DNA of 64,000 nucleotides, taken from NCBI GenBank assembly GCA_963667015.2, contig CAXXJJ010000004.1, positions 2,400,001-2,464,000 on the forward strand, in the 5' to 3' direction. The notes beneath the pieces were generated by a model. The model was not told the DNA's origin. It ran no database searches and worked only from the letters and a program-made list of their open reading frames with translations. Source of the stretch: Desulfatiglandales bacterium (GTDB taxonomy: Bacteria > Desulfobacterota > DSM-4660 > Desulfatiglandales > HGW-15). Of the stretch, positions 39,336 through 49,853 are shown piece after piece. How positions within the stretch are numbered: the first letter of the stretch is position 1; each line of letters starts with the position of its first letter. The position numbers and the translations under genes are program-made.

Positions 39336-41825
39336 TTACACCGTAGTAACAGGTGACGGTGGTGATGGTGGTCGCCTGTCATAAAACAAGTCCATTGCGG
39401 GTTTGCCGGACTTTCCGGAGGGCTTTATCGCTGCATTGAGCGCCTCCTCTATTCTTTCGACCAGGATGAATTGAATATCATTCCTTACCTCATCAGGAAG
39501 TTCTTCCAGGTCTGCTTCATTTCGTTTTGGCAGTATTACGGTCTTGAGCCCTGCACGGTGTGCTGCCAGGACCTTCATCTTTATCCCGCCTACCGGCAGT
39601 ACCCGTCCCCTGAGGGTTACTTCTCCGGTCATGCCTATCTTGTTTCTGATCGGCCGGCCGGTGAACAGGCTCGTCATTGCCATAACCATTGCAATGCCGG
39701 CCGAAGGCCCGTCCTTGGGTATAGCGCCTGCAGGCACATGGATATGAAAATCCTCTTTTTTGGCAATGTCCTTTGGCAGATCCCATTCCTGGGTCTTGGC
39801 CTTTACATAGCTGAATGCTATCTCAGCGCTTTCCTTCATTACTTCGCCAAGCTGACCTGTGAGGTTCAGCCGCCCGCTTCCCTTCATGCGGGTTGCCTCT
39901 ATAAACAGTATATCTCCTCCTGTTGCGGTTACTGCAAGTCCGGTAGCAATCCCAGGGATCTCGATAGACTCTGACATCTCGGACTCGTATTTCTCTTTTT
40001 TAAGGTATTCCCTTACAAGCTCAGGGGTAACCTCAACGCTCTCAATCTGATTCGCAGCAATCTTGACTGCGACCTTCCTGCAGACCGTACCAATCTGTCT
40101 TTCAAGATTTCGTACACCCGCTTCCCGTGTATAATACTGAATTATCTTTCTAAGGGCATCTTCATTTATGCTGATCTCATCACCTCGTATACCGTTTGCC
40201 CGTGTCTGACGGGGAACAAGATAGCCCTGGGCAATCTTTACCTTTTCAAACTCAGTATATCCTTCGAGCTGAATTATCTCCATCCGGTCTCTCAGGGGTG
40301 CAGGGATTGTATCAAGCTGATTTGCGGTGGTTATAAAGATGACATCACTTAAGTCAAAATCCACATCCAGATAATGGTCCCTGAAGGCATAGTTCTGTGC
40401 CGGATCAAGTACCTCCAGGAGCGCACTGCTGGGATCTCCCCTCCAGTCCGAACCTATCTTGTCTATTTCATCCAGCATAAAGATAGGATTCCTTGTGCCG
40501 GCCCTTTTTATTGCCTGAATAATCCTTCCGGGCATTGCGCCTATGTATGTCCTTCGGTGACCGCGTATCTCCGCCTCATCCCTCATACCGCCCAGGCTCA
40601 TCCTTGTAAACTTCCTGCCAAGTGCCCGTGCTATGCTCTTGCCAAGGCTGGTTTTACCAACACCCGGAGGTCCTGCAAAACAGAGTATTGCCCCCTGGGC
40701 CTCACTTGCCTTGTCTAAGGAATTGGGATCAGGCTCTACACCCCTTTCGCGAACAAGCTTTCGTACGGCCAGGTACTCGACAAGCCGGTCCTTAACATCC
40801 TGAAGGTCATAATGGTCCTCGTCAAGTATTGCCCTTGCATGCTCAACATCGAGCTGGTCCTCACTGAGTTTGCTCCAGGGCAATTCCACCATCCAGTCAA
40901 GATATGTCTTTATCACAGGGTGTTCTGCCGAATGGGGCGACATGCCGGAAAGGCGTTTCAGTTCTCTCTTTGCCTCTTTCTCGGCCTCCTCGGGAAGATT
41001 TGCCTCCCTGAGCTTCTGGTTATATTCTTCCACCTCCGATTCTGCCTGCCCATCCTCGGATTCACCCAGTTCCTTTTGTATGGCCTTTAGCTGCTGCCTT
41101 AAAAAATACTCTTTATGGGCCTTATCCAGGGTTTCCTTGGCCTCGCTTTTAATCTTGTTGTCCAGCATCAGTATTTCTTTCTGATGGGTCAGATGAGCAA
41201 TAAGTGTCTTAATCTTATCCTTCAGGTCATCGGCCTCAAGAAGGGCCTGCGAGTCAACAATACTCAGTCCATGGTTGGCTGCAGTCATATATGTCAGATA
41301 TCTCGGGTCCTCGATCTGTTCAATAAAACTGGAGGCATTTTCCGGAAAACTTGGAGACATCTGCACCACTTCCTTTGCAAGATCCCTCAAGCTGTGAACC
41401 ATTGCCTCAAATTCCATTCCTTCGTCATAATGATCAGGGGCTGCACTAATCTTTGCGGTAAGATATGGAATGGAGCCTGTCCAGCTTTCCACCTTGAATC
41501 TTTCCAAACCCTGTACAATTACATTAAGGGAATTATCCGGTGACTGGAAAACCCTTGTTATTGAGGCAACTGTTCCAACCTCATAAAGCTGCCCCGGATG
41601 GGGCTCTTCAATCTCTGGATTTTTTGATGTAATCAGGCCAATAAGCCTGTTACCCTTTATTGCATCTTTTATAAGGCGTTCTGATCTGGGGACGCCAATC
41701 GGCAGATGCATAATCGTATAAGGAAAAACGATCATACTTCTCAATGGAAGAATAGGAAGCTCCTCCGGTATATCATCCAAAAGCTCGGTTATCTCTTCGT
41801 TATTAATCATGGAAGAATCACTCAT
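39336..41825 (-). CDS. lon: ATP-dependent Lon protease (endopeptidase La)
   Basis: LPILPLR, GPPGVGKTS, RGHRRTYIGAMPG, PKDGPSAG, PVGGIKMK. Confidence 0.97.
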   Translation of the reverse strand: MSDSSMINNEEITELLDDIPEELPILPLRSMIVFPYTIMHLPIGVPRSERLIKDAIKGNRLIGLITSKNPEIEEPHPGQLYEVGTVASITRVFQSPDNSLNVIVQGLERFKVESWTGSIPYLTAKISAAPDHYDEGMEFEAMVHSLRDLAKEVVQMSPSFPENASSFIEQIEDPRYLTYMTAANHGLSIVDSQALLEADDLKDKIKTLIAHLTHQKEILMLDNKIKSEAKETLDKAHKEYFLRQQLKAIQKELGESEDGQAESEVEEYNQKLREANLPEEAEKEAKRELKRLSGMSPHSAEHPVIKTYLDWMVELPWSKLSEDQLDVEHARAILDEDHYDLQDVKDRLVEYLAVRKLVRERGVEPDPNSLDKASEAQGAILCFAGPPGVGKTSLGKSIARALGRKFTRMSLGGMRDEAEIRGHRRTYIGAMPGRIIQAIKRAGTRNPIFMLDEIDKIGSDWRGDPSSALLEVLDPAQNYAFRDHYLDVDFDLSDVIFITTANQLDTIPAPLRDRMEIIQLEGYTEFEKVKIAQGYLVPRQTRANGIRGDEISINEDALRKIIQYYTREAGVRNLERQIGTVCRKVAVKIAANQIESVEVTPELVREYLKKEKYESEMSESIEIPGIATGLAVTATGGDILFIEATRMKGSGRLNLTGQLGEVMKESAEIAFSYVKAKTQEWDLPKDIAKKEDFHIHVPAGAIPKDGPSAGIAMVMAMTSLFTGRPIRNKIGMTGEVTLRGRVLPVGGIKMKVLAAHRAGLKTVILPKRNEADLEELPDEVRNDIQFILVERIEEALNAAIKPSGKSGKPAMDLFYDRRPPSPPSPVTTV

Positions 41826-42082
41826 GGTATTATCCTCCGATATATGATGAACCTGTTAACTGATTATAAAAAATCTGATAAAACAGGGTGAATTGGTTAA
41901 TTATAATATAATTCCGAATTAAAGATACATCTTAATAATAACTAACCATCGGAGAAAAGCTTGTCAAGGAGAGGAAACGATTGAAGCGGTGGTGTTCTAT
42001 TGAGGCTTCAGCACCTTACAATAAAAGGTAAGCAGGCAGGGAAGGCACTGAAATTACACTTAATTCTTACTTTTCGCTATCC

Positions 42083-42298
42083 CTATCTTACGGCCTGTAA
42101 CACTGGGAATGCAAAATGATTTATTTCTTTTTCAAGGTTATGTATTTCTTCCCAGAGCCTGGTAAGATCATTTTCCTTTTGTCTTAAATCAGCATCTCCA
42201 TAACAGGGTTGAAGTTCAACTACCTTAAATTGCTGCTTCAATAAACTGATTTCCCTTTTGACTTCTTTTCGCACTTTCATTTTTCCTAATCGAAACAT
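42083..42298 (-). CDS. small hypothetical protein
   Basis: 71-aa ORF with an AAGGAG RBS. A sigma54-like TGGCATGATTTTTGAA lies upstream at 42372-42387 (-). Confidence 0.55.
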   Translation of the reverse strand: MFRLGKMKVRKEVKREISLLKQQFKVVELQPCYGDADLRQKENDLTRLWEEIHNLEKEINHFAFPVLQAVR

Positions 42299-42944
42299 TT
42301 TTAAAACTCCTTTAATAATATTTCCGGATTAAGCATTATCATAGAAAAATTCTATAACCATCTAAATTTACTTCAAAAATCATGCCACCTGACACATTTA
42401 TTTGACTCAACTTGCATATTTTTCAAATACTTAATTAATTCAACCCGTTACAATGCAGCTTTTCAAAAACCATAAATAACATACTGATTTTTATGAAAAT
42501 AACACCCGAAAAAGTGTCCAAAAAGCTCAAAAAAAGAGACCACTTTTATGCACACTGTATAAAAAATTTCAATCAATTGAAGAACTGAATCGCAAATCTT
42601 AGAGAAGTACTACCGCATGTCTATATAAGTATCGGAAAATATGGAAAATAACTTTAATAAAATAGTTAATTGATATGAAAACAAAAAGCTACAGTCTGAT
42701 TTTTCACCGCCTGCTTTTACAGGTTGACATATATCCTGTCATTTTAAATAATATTATATCCAATAATTCCACTTAAATTCTTCGACATTTGGACTCGACT
42801 TCATCAATTTCATATTTTCTAAAGTTTTTTGATTTTAATTAATCAATGAAATGTGTTTAAGGACTAACCCTTAATAAGATTACTTCCTAGTTTACTATTT
42901 CATTGGGATCTCATTATTTCTATCAGGCAGGAGGAAAATATCAA

Positions 42945-43463
42945 ATGGAACAAACAGTTACAGCAATAGGAATAATAGTGGGGCTAATGATGATTGCAAC
43001 CGTCTGTATTGTTTATTACAAGCATCAGACATTCGGCCTCGGGGGAAGCACGCTGGCGCTGCTTGGTACAATTCTTATAGGAATGTCTGTCTGGAGTAAC
43101 ATAAAAGTGAGTGTCGGCGCCAATGGAGGGTTTTCCGCAGAATTGACTCAGATCCAGCAGAATATCGCCCAAATAAATAACCGGAATGAGCAGATAGTAA
43201 AATCGGTATCCTAGGTCCAGGATAATATTAAAGAAACAAAAGAAAATGTTCATCAGCTCCGTTCAGAGGTAACAAATTTTCAGGTATATACCCAGCTCAT
43301 GCCGGATGGCGTTTTTGGTCCTGCAACCGATAAAAAACTGCGCGAACATTTAAAAAGAGAGAAGGTAAATCCTGATGATGATTCGGCACTAAACCTTGTC
43401 GAAAAAATAACAGGCAAAAGCCGTATAGAAGCAAGAAAATATATAAAAGATGCGCAAAAATAG
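42945..43463 (+). pseudogene. 2-TM/coiled-coil/peptidoglycan-binding protein interrupted by an in-frame TAG (43212-43214)
   Basis: ATG 42945 after AGGAGG. The frame continues past the TAG as VQDNIKETKENVHQLRSEVTNFQVYTQLMPDGVFGPAT (PG_binding_1-like) to TAG 43461-63. Confidence 0.7.
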
Positions 43464-43579
43464 AATACCGTCCAGCAATGTTCCTCCAGAGACGTCTGCA
43501 CGAAATGATTAAATCAGAATGATTATTATTGATAAACCAAACCCCTGCTTCATCGCAGGCATTAACAGGGAGATACATT

Positions 43580-44815
43580 ATGAATAATAATAAATCTGAA
43601 ATGCTGTACTATCCAAACTTTGGGCCTGATGCCTTACCGAGTATTAAACAATCATTACTCATGTATGATCGTGTTAATGTAATTGCACCTTTAACCACGC
43701 CTATTATTGGAAGTGTGCTGGCAGATATCGAAGGGCCTGAGCTTATCGAGATTTCTAAAAGAGGCAGCCTGAACGAAAGTTATGATCTTGGCCAGGCACA
43801 AAATGTTGTAAAGCTGATTCCTGATCTTGAAATTATCGGGGCACACAGGCATGAATTTATATCAGCACTTTACGGGGACCTGGAAGACAGAGAGGTACTG
43901 GATTGGGAAAGACAGATTAAAACCAGATATAGAGGTAGAGATTTAAGCTGGCTCGTTGTACCAAGTTATTTCAATTATGATCCGCCGGTAATAGATAATC
44001 CTGCTTACCGGATAGAAGAAGTGCGGCATGATAAATTTGGATCATTACTGAGAGTACCTTTTCTTGTAGGCATGTCTCTCGGTACCAGTGAGGCACTATG
44101 GGCTGCAATAGACAAAGGCCTGACATTATTTACTGATAATAATATTTCAGAGCAGTTCCTGATGTTCAGATTGAGGCGCGGATGGAAAGATCTCCTGCAG
44201 GATCCCGATCTACGACAGGAGTTTGGAATAGAACAGGAATTTGCACAGAAGTTCGCTGCCGCGTCTTTATGTACCTGGACGCTCCGGAAAAAAATACCTG
44301 AAGTCATAAAGAACGCATCCGGCATGTCAATTGAGGAGATTATAGAACTTCGTGAAAAATCCAAATATAAAGAGGTATTAAGTAAATATCGTTCCGGAAT
44401 AGCTGATCTGGTTCTGTCACATGATCTCTGGGAGGTAAAAACATTCCAGGACTTTGAGGAAGAGGCATATAAAATATATAAAAAAAATATCTTACCGGCG
44501 TTTGAGGCCCTCGAAAAAAAACGTAATCTATCAATCAAAGATGTATTCGCAGCTTTTGACTACAAGTATGCTTTGAAGGAAACCATAAAATCTGTACCAA
44601 GCCTGTTTATCAGCGCTGCAGTACCGGCCGCTGCCGGCAGCGCTCTGGTATTTGGTTCAGTTGCAATTGCGCCTGCTGCGTTACTGGCTCTGGGATGCGG
44701 ATTGGGAGGCAACCTGGTTAAAAACCTTTTAGACAAAGGGAGTGAAACCCGTCGCAGTACCAGGTTTTTAAAATTCCCGCAATACCTCCAGGAGACACTG
44801 GCAGTAAAAAATTGA
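43580..44815 (+). CDS. hypothetical protein (DUF6236-like N-terminus, C-terminal hydrophobic helices)
   Basis: LYYPN...IKQSLLMYDRVNVIAP, IEEIIELRE, Ala/Gly-rich hydrophobic hairpin near the C-terminus; RBS AGGGAG. Confidence 0.6.
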   Translation: MNNNKSEMLYYPNFGPDALPSIKQSLLMYDRVNVIAPLTTPIIGSVLADIEGPELIEISKRGSLNESYDLGQAQNVVKLIPDLEIIGAHRHEFISALYGDLEDREVLDWERQIKTRYRGRDLSWLVVPSYFNYDPPVIDNPAYRIEEVRHDKFGSLLRVPFLVGMSLGTSEALWAAIDKGLTLFTDNNISEQFLMFRLRRGWKDLLQDPDLRQEFGIEQEFAQKFAAASLCTWTLRKKIPEVIKNASGMSIEEIIELREKSKYKEVLSKYRSGIADLVLSHDLWEVKTFQDFEEEAYKIYKKNILPAFEALEKKRNLSIKDVFAAFDYKYALKETIKSVPSLFISAAVPAAAGSALVFGSVAIAPAALLALGCGLGGNLVKNLLDKGSETRRSTRFLKFPQYLQETLAVKN

Positions 44816-45078
44816 TTTATTAAGCGGCATTATACTGATAAAAAACAAGCCCCTTCCTGCTTTTCGGATTTTGATTGTGCAGGATAAAATGAAAATCTGC
44901 AAATAAACACACCAGCCCACGATATACATCTTTAACGATTGACTTAATATAATTCATTACCCATAATGCATAAGTCTTCAATTTTTAAAAAAATCCCAAA
45001 TTTTTTTTAATGCCGTTTTCAGTTTCCAATAAGTAATCAGAGCGGGACATTAAATATAGTTATACAAAAGGACTATGA

Positions 45079-45882
45079 GTGAAAACTTGGCTTGAATTTG
45101 AGGAGCGTTTCAGAATTATAGCAGCTCCTATTCAATATTTGCGGATCGATTTTCAATGGGGAGCCGCTGGCGAATATTGGATGCTGCGTGGAATGCCATC
45201 AAATCAATTAACACGTCAGTTTGAAAATCTCGCTGAACTCGCCGGCCTAGCGCTATTAGAATGTGCTAAAACATATAAAGAGCTCATACACCTGACTCTC
45301 AAGGAACAAGAAGCCTGCCATGTTTGGTACAGAGGGTTGAAGGAATTAACAAATGACTTTGATTCTAGATTTTACGGAGTTCAGAGCAATGAAGACGGCA
45401 GTGATTCTGGCACTATTTACTCTGGGTTTATATCAGGTGTAGTTGAGTCTTCTGCAAACCTCTGCCTTTTATTGCACGCCAAGTACCCACTTAAAAGAGA
45501 GGAGAATCAAGTGACTGAGATAAAAATATCCAACAGTACTATAGGGATGCTTAATACCGGCCAGATTAAAAATATTGAATCTATAAATATAAACATAGGT
45601 AAACTGAACTGCGCCGGATCAGATGAGGTTGCTGACGCATTAAAAAATATAGCTTCCGCAGTCGCCGAATCCACTGACTTAGAAGATCTTGATAAATCCA
45701 GCACACTTGAACAGATTGAAAGTTTAAGTGAACAAGCAATTTTGCCTCAAAATGAACGACTTAAACCAGGTGTAATCAAGGCAGTCTTCTCAACACTAAG
45801 CAGCACGCTTGCTACTGCTGGCAGCCTTGCAAGTATATGGGCTACTTGGGGACCGGTCATAAAAAATTTCTTTGGCTTTTGA
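45079..45882 (+). CDS. two-domain hypothetical protein
   Basis: 267-aa ORF with a GTG start after AAGGA. Confidence 0.65.
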   Translation: MKTWLEFEERFRIIAAPIQYLRIDFQWGAAGEYWMLRGMPSNQLTRQFENLAELAGLALLECAKTYKELIHLTLKEQEACHVWYRGLKELTNDFDSRFYGVQSNEDGSDSGTIYSGFISGVVESSANLCLLLHAKYPLKREENQVTEIKISNSTIGMLNTGQIKNIESININIGKLNCAGSDEVADALKNIASAVAESTDLEDLDKSSTLEQIESLSEQAILPQNERLKPGVIKAVFSTLSSTLATAGSLASIWATWGPVIKNFFGF

Positions 45883-46108
45883 TTTATTACATGAATTACA
45901 AACTACTTTGTTGTGTAGGACACAAAAAAACATGCGGCTATTCGAATTCGAAGAGAATCGATTTAAAACCCCCTGACTTTTAGGGCTATATGGCTTTTTA
46001 AGATAGAGATATACGCTGTAGAAATGGGGATAACCCCATAGTCTCCCTTTTCCATAAGATATTTTAATGAAAACTGAGAAACAGAAAATAGTCTAAGGAG
46101 GTAAAGAT

Positions 46109-46531
46109 ATGAAAGGCTTAAAAATCACACTATGGATTTGTGCAATACATTTTCTGCTGAGCTTTTTTTTTCTTCCTTTACCATGGCGGGCGATAATTGC
46201 ATGGTTTAACCAGTACGGAGTTCAAATATCTACTTCAGATCCCTGGACTATATTTTGGCTCCGACTTTTACTTACGACATTTGGAATGATAGGGGTGTTT
46301 TTTGTAATCCTTGCCCGAAATCCACTCAAATACGGGGAGATGCTGCTGCTTGCGGCATACGGGTTACTGCTCTTGGGAGTCGTAGTTTTTATAGGAAGTA
46401 TGCTTTACGTAGTTCCGAATGAACTTCCGATTATAATTACAGCAACTATAGGAAAGGTGTTTTTTTATTTCATTCTTGGTGTGCTTATACTTTCCTTTCG
46501 AAAAGGGGCTATGCAAGCAAACAACGCTTGA
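46109..46531 (+). CDS. 4-TM hypothetical membrane protein
   Basis: Strong AAGGAGG RBS and four hydrophobic segments. Confidence 0.75.
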   Translation: MKGLKITLWICAIHFLLSFFFLPLPWRAIIAWFNQYGVQISTSDPWTIFWLRLLLTTFGMIGVFFVILARNPLKYGEMLLLAAYGLLLLGVVVFIGSMLYVVPNELPIIITATIGKVFFYFILGVLILSFRKGAMQANNA

Positions 46532-46688
46532 GTATTACTCTGTTTTGTTTCTTGTTTTATGATAAATACAGAGAGTATCATATACCTTTTTTGTAGCTGT
46601 TACATGTGAATTTGCTGATAATTACCCATTATCTAATCAAGCGACCCTATAACTGTAGAATGTAAGAACATAGAAGGATGGTAATTTT

Positions 46689-47090
46689 ATGAAATGTCCT
46701 GTTACAAATACACCGATGATCGTTGTTGAGCGAGATAAGATCGAACTGGATTATTCTCCCGCAGTAAAAGGCATCTGGTTTGATGCCGGAGAGCTTGCTC
46801 TTTTTTTAAAATCCCTGGGACTTGATGCCGATCTGAGTCACATTTCATCTCTGCCGGTATATAAAACAGATGAGAAGGCATACAAAAGCCCACGCACCGG
46901 GAAATACATGGACAAAGTCAATCTTGGCGATGAAAATGATCCGATCATTATTGACCGGGACCGGGACGGCCTTGGACTCTGGTTTGATGCAGGGGAGTTA
47001 ACCCGGGTATTTGAGAAATATGCAAAGAAGGCTCCGGAGTCGGAAAAGGGAAAAATCGTCAAATTCCTGGGCGAAACTTTTAAATTTTGA
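46689..47090 (+). CDS. tandem zf-TFIIB-like domain protein, Cys-poor variant
   Basis: Two GIWFDAGEL/GLWFDAGEL repeats. Confidence 0.75.
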   Translation: MKCPVTNTPMIVVERDKIELDYSPAVKGIWFDAGELALFLKSLGLDADLSHISSLPVYKTDEKAYKSPRTGKYMDKVNLGDENDPIIIDRDRDGLGLWFDAGELTRVFEKYAKKAPESEKGKIVKFLGETFKF

Positions 47091-47137
47091 ATGAAACTAA
47101 TCAAAGAAGAATATTGTAAAGAGGAGGAGGTCTAATT

Positions 47138-47707
47138 ATGGGATGGATTGCACTAATTGTTATTCTGGCTGTCATCATTATTCCTGTCGGGTGGCTGATC
47201 GCTATCTACAATGCACTCGTCCGCCTGCGTAATGCGGTCAGAAATGCCTTCAGTCAGATCGATGTACAACTGAAACGACGCTACGATCTGATTCCGAATC
47301 TGGTCGAAACCGTCAAAGGATATGCTGCCCACGAGAGAGAAACGCTTGAAGCAGTCACCAGGGCGCGTCAACAGGCCATTGATGTATCAGGTCTGGACGG
47401 TGTAAAGGAACGGGCCAAAGTGGAAAACATGTTGACCCAGACATTAAAATCTCTTTTTGCGGTCTCGGAAAACTATCCTGCTCTCAAGGCCAATGAAAAT
47501 TTTCTGAAATTGCAGGAAGAGTTGACCACCACTGAGAACAAGATTTCTTTTGCGCGTCAGTATTACAACGATTCCGTCATGCAGTTAAACAACAAGACAG
47601 AGATGTTTCCCAGCAACATTATCGCGGGAATGTTTAACTTCAAGCAGGCCGAGTTCTTCGAAGTAGAAGAAGAGGCGGAACGCAAGGCGCCAGCGGTCAA
47701 GTTCTAA
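47138..47707 (+). CDS. lemA: LemA family protein
   Basis: [47 protein letters not shown]. Confidence 0.95.
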   Translation: MGWIALIVILAVIIIPVGWLIAIYNALVRLRNAVRNAFSQIDVQLKRRYDLIPNLVETVKGYAAHERETLEAVTRARQQAIDVSGLDGVKERAKVENMLTQTLKSLFAVSENYPALKANENFLKLQEELTTTENKISFARQYYNDSVMQLNNKTEMFPSNIIAGMFNFKQAEFFEVEEEAERKAPAVKF

Positions 47708-48918
47708 TGTGGGAGCAAATACGCTCAAATCAGCGCAAGTCGGTCATCCTTGTCATAGTGATGGCGTTTTTACTTCTTGCCATAGGCTGGTTCGGAGGTG
47801 AAGGGTTCTACGGCCCCGGGGGAGGTACCGGCGGTCTGATGATTGCCATCTTCGTCTGGATTTTACTCACGCTGACCAGTTATTTCAGTGGAGACAGCAT
47901 ATTCCTGTCAATAAGCGGGGCGCGGAAAATCAAACGAGAGGATCATGAGGTCCTTTGGAACGTTGTCGAGGAAATGAAGATCGCATCGGGTATGCATGAG
48001 ATGCCGGCCATCTATATTATCGACGATCCTGCGCCCAACGCCTTTGCAACGGGTCGAAGTCCTGATAAGGCTTCAGTTGCGGTTACAACGGGACTGCTGG
48101 AAAGGCTGACCAGAAGCGAACTGCAGGGCGTGATCGCACATGAGATTGGCCATATCAGGAACCGCGATGTACTCTACATGATGATGATCGGCGTGATGGT
48201 GGGTGCAATCGCTATGCTGGGTGATATGGGTGTGCGCATGCTGTTCTTCGGCGGACGCGGCAGGAGAAGGACGTCATCGGAGGGGGGGCAGGCACAGGCT
48301 GTCATTATGATCATCGCGATTGTGCTGATGATCCTTGCACCAATTATCGCCCAGATCGTCTATTTTGCCGTCTCAAGAAAACGGGAATATCTCGCTGATG
48401 CCAGTGCGTCTCAATTTACAAGGTACCCTGAAGCCCTGGCCAGCGCCCTTGAGAAAATCTCAGGTTCGATAAAAAAGCCGTCAAAAGACACAGATAAGGT
48501 CAATCGTATCATTGCGCCCAGCTACATTATCAACCCCGCACTGGCGGCCAGAGGCAGTGGAGAAAAGGCAAGCCTGTTCAGCACTCACCCTCCCACTAAA
48601 GAACGCATCAGAATTTTGCGCGCCATGGCTGGCGGCGCAGGCTTTGGAGACTATGACACGGCATTCCGGCAAGTGACCGGAAAACCGGTGGGTGTCATTC
48701 CTTTCCAATCGCTCGAAAAAGCCGGGAAGGTTGAAATCAGGAAGCCGGATGAAATACCTGCTGAAAAGCATATTGACCGGGTACGACAGAGCACCGATGC
48801 TATGTGGCGGTTGAACAACTATACCTTTATCACCTGCGATTGCGGGACAAAACTTAAAATTCCTCCGCAGTTGAAGGGCCAACAAATCACATGTCCGCAT
48901 TGCGGGAGGAAACACTAA
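47707..48918 (+). CDS. htpX: M48 family HtpX-like zinc metalloprotease with C-terminal Zn ribbon
   Basis: PNAFATG, HEIGH, REYLAD, FSTHPP; C-terminal CDCG...CPHCG. Confidence 0.9.
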   Translation: MWEQIRSNQRKSVILVIVMAFLLLAIGWFGGEGFYGPGGGTGGLMIAIFVWILLTLTSYFSGDSIFLSISGARKIKREDHEVLWNVVEEMKIASGMHEMPAIYIIDDPAPNAFATGRSPDKASVAVTTGLLERLTRSELQGVIAHEIGHIRNRDVLYMMMIGVMVGAIAMLGDMGVRMLFFGGRGRRRTSSEGGQAQAVIMIIAIVLMILAPIIAQIVYFAVSRKREYLADASASQFTRYPEALASALEKISGSIKKPSKDTDKVNRIIAPSYIINPALAARGSGEKASLFSTHPPTKERIRILRAMAGGAGFGDYDTAFRQVTGKPVGVIPFQSLEKAGKVEIRKPDEIPAEKHIDRVRQSTDAMWRLNNYTFITCDCGTKLKIPPQLKGQQITCPHCGRKH

Positions 48919-48971
48919 TACAAATGATTCCAACGGTCCTGTGGCAACATGTCCCTGTGTAAGGAGATGAA

Positions 48972-49307
48972 ATGTACGTAGGAAGAATTGTATCTGTAGG
49001 ATTAACAATCTCAAATCGTTTGTGCTTAATGTACCGGGTGTCATCCCGGTCCTTTACCAACAGGGTGATCAAGGATATTAAAGGTGCCTTGGCTGTTATA
49101 CCTTCGCCGGGATCAGAAACAGATATCTACCAGAATCCATATATCAGTTACAATTGTCTGCGCCACAATTCGGAGTTTGCAGTCGTTGGAAACGGAACTC
49201 ATACCGATCCTATATTTGAAAAACCTGTAAGTTCTGCATCAGCAATGAAATTTGATACAGGATTTGAAACAAGTTTCATTAATCTCAAAAATTCAGGTAA
49301 CAAATAA
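48972..49307 (+). pseudogene. truncated archaeal-type IMP cyclohydrolase (PurO-like) fused to an unrelated 3' fragment
   Basis: MYVGR...[10 protein letters not shown]...NPYISYNC...GNGTHTDPI is the PurO-like N-terminal half. The similarity stops at about 49220. Confidence 0.7.
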
Positions 49308-49369
49308 TTCACTAGGAATGACTGAAAGTGCTTTCCCGATTTTAGTCATGCTTTTATAAATCGTTCTGT
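49295..49369 (+). other. degenerate attC-like site
   Basis: AGGTAAC ... central ATGACTGAAA/TTTTAGTCAT stem ... GTTCTGT. Confidence 0.4.
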
Positions 49370-49403
49370 ATCACTTAATAACATCGTATCAGGAGGTGAT
49401 TAA

Positions 49404-49715
49404 ATGAGAAAAGTATATGAGTCATTAAATACTATAATGATTGGTCATTTGAAAAATCTTCTTATGACCGAAGGTATACCTTCCTTCACAAAGAATGAAT
49501 ATGGCTCAGCAGGACGAATTCCAGCCAATGAATGTTGGGAAGAGATCTGGATTGAAAATGACACCCAATATGATGATGCAGAAAAATTAATTAAGGAAGC
49601 ACTGTCAGATGATTCCGCTTCAGGTCCTGATTGGGTATGCCCAAATTGCCAGGAAGTAAATGAATATCAATTTGCTTTGTGTTGGAATTGCAGCAAAGAA
49701 AATCCAAATACATAA
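49404..49715 (+). CDS. DUF2007-like protein with C-terminal RanBP2-type zinc finger
   Basis: HLKNLL..EGI, WVCPNCQE.NEYQFALCWNC; RBS AGGAGG. Confidence 0.8.
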   Translation: MRKVYESLNTIMIGHLKNLLMTEGIPSFTKNEYGSAGRIPANECWEEIWIENDTQYDDAEKLIKEALSDDSASGPDWVCPNCQEVNEYQFALCWNCSKENPNT

Positions 49716-49763
49716 CCCGCTGCCTGGGAACACAAGCCAGGCCGATAATCAGACCCGTTAGTG
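49710..49763 (+). other. degenerate attC-like site
   Basis: ACATAAC overlapping the stop codon, GCCTGG/CCAGGC stem, GTTAGTG. Confidence 0.4.
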
Positions 49764-49853
49764 GCACAGGGTGGATTAAACACTGAGTGATTGGCATCTG
49801 ATGCAAAAGCAGGATTCAATGAAATGTACAATAAATTTAATGGCAGGCGAAAT

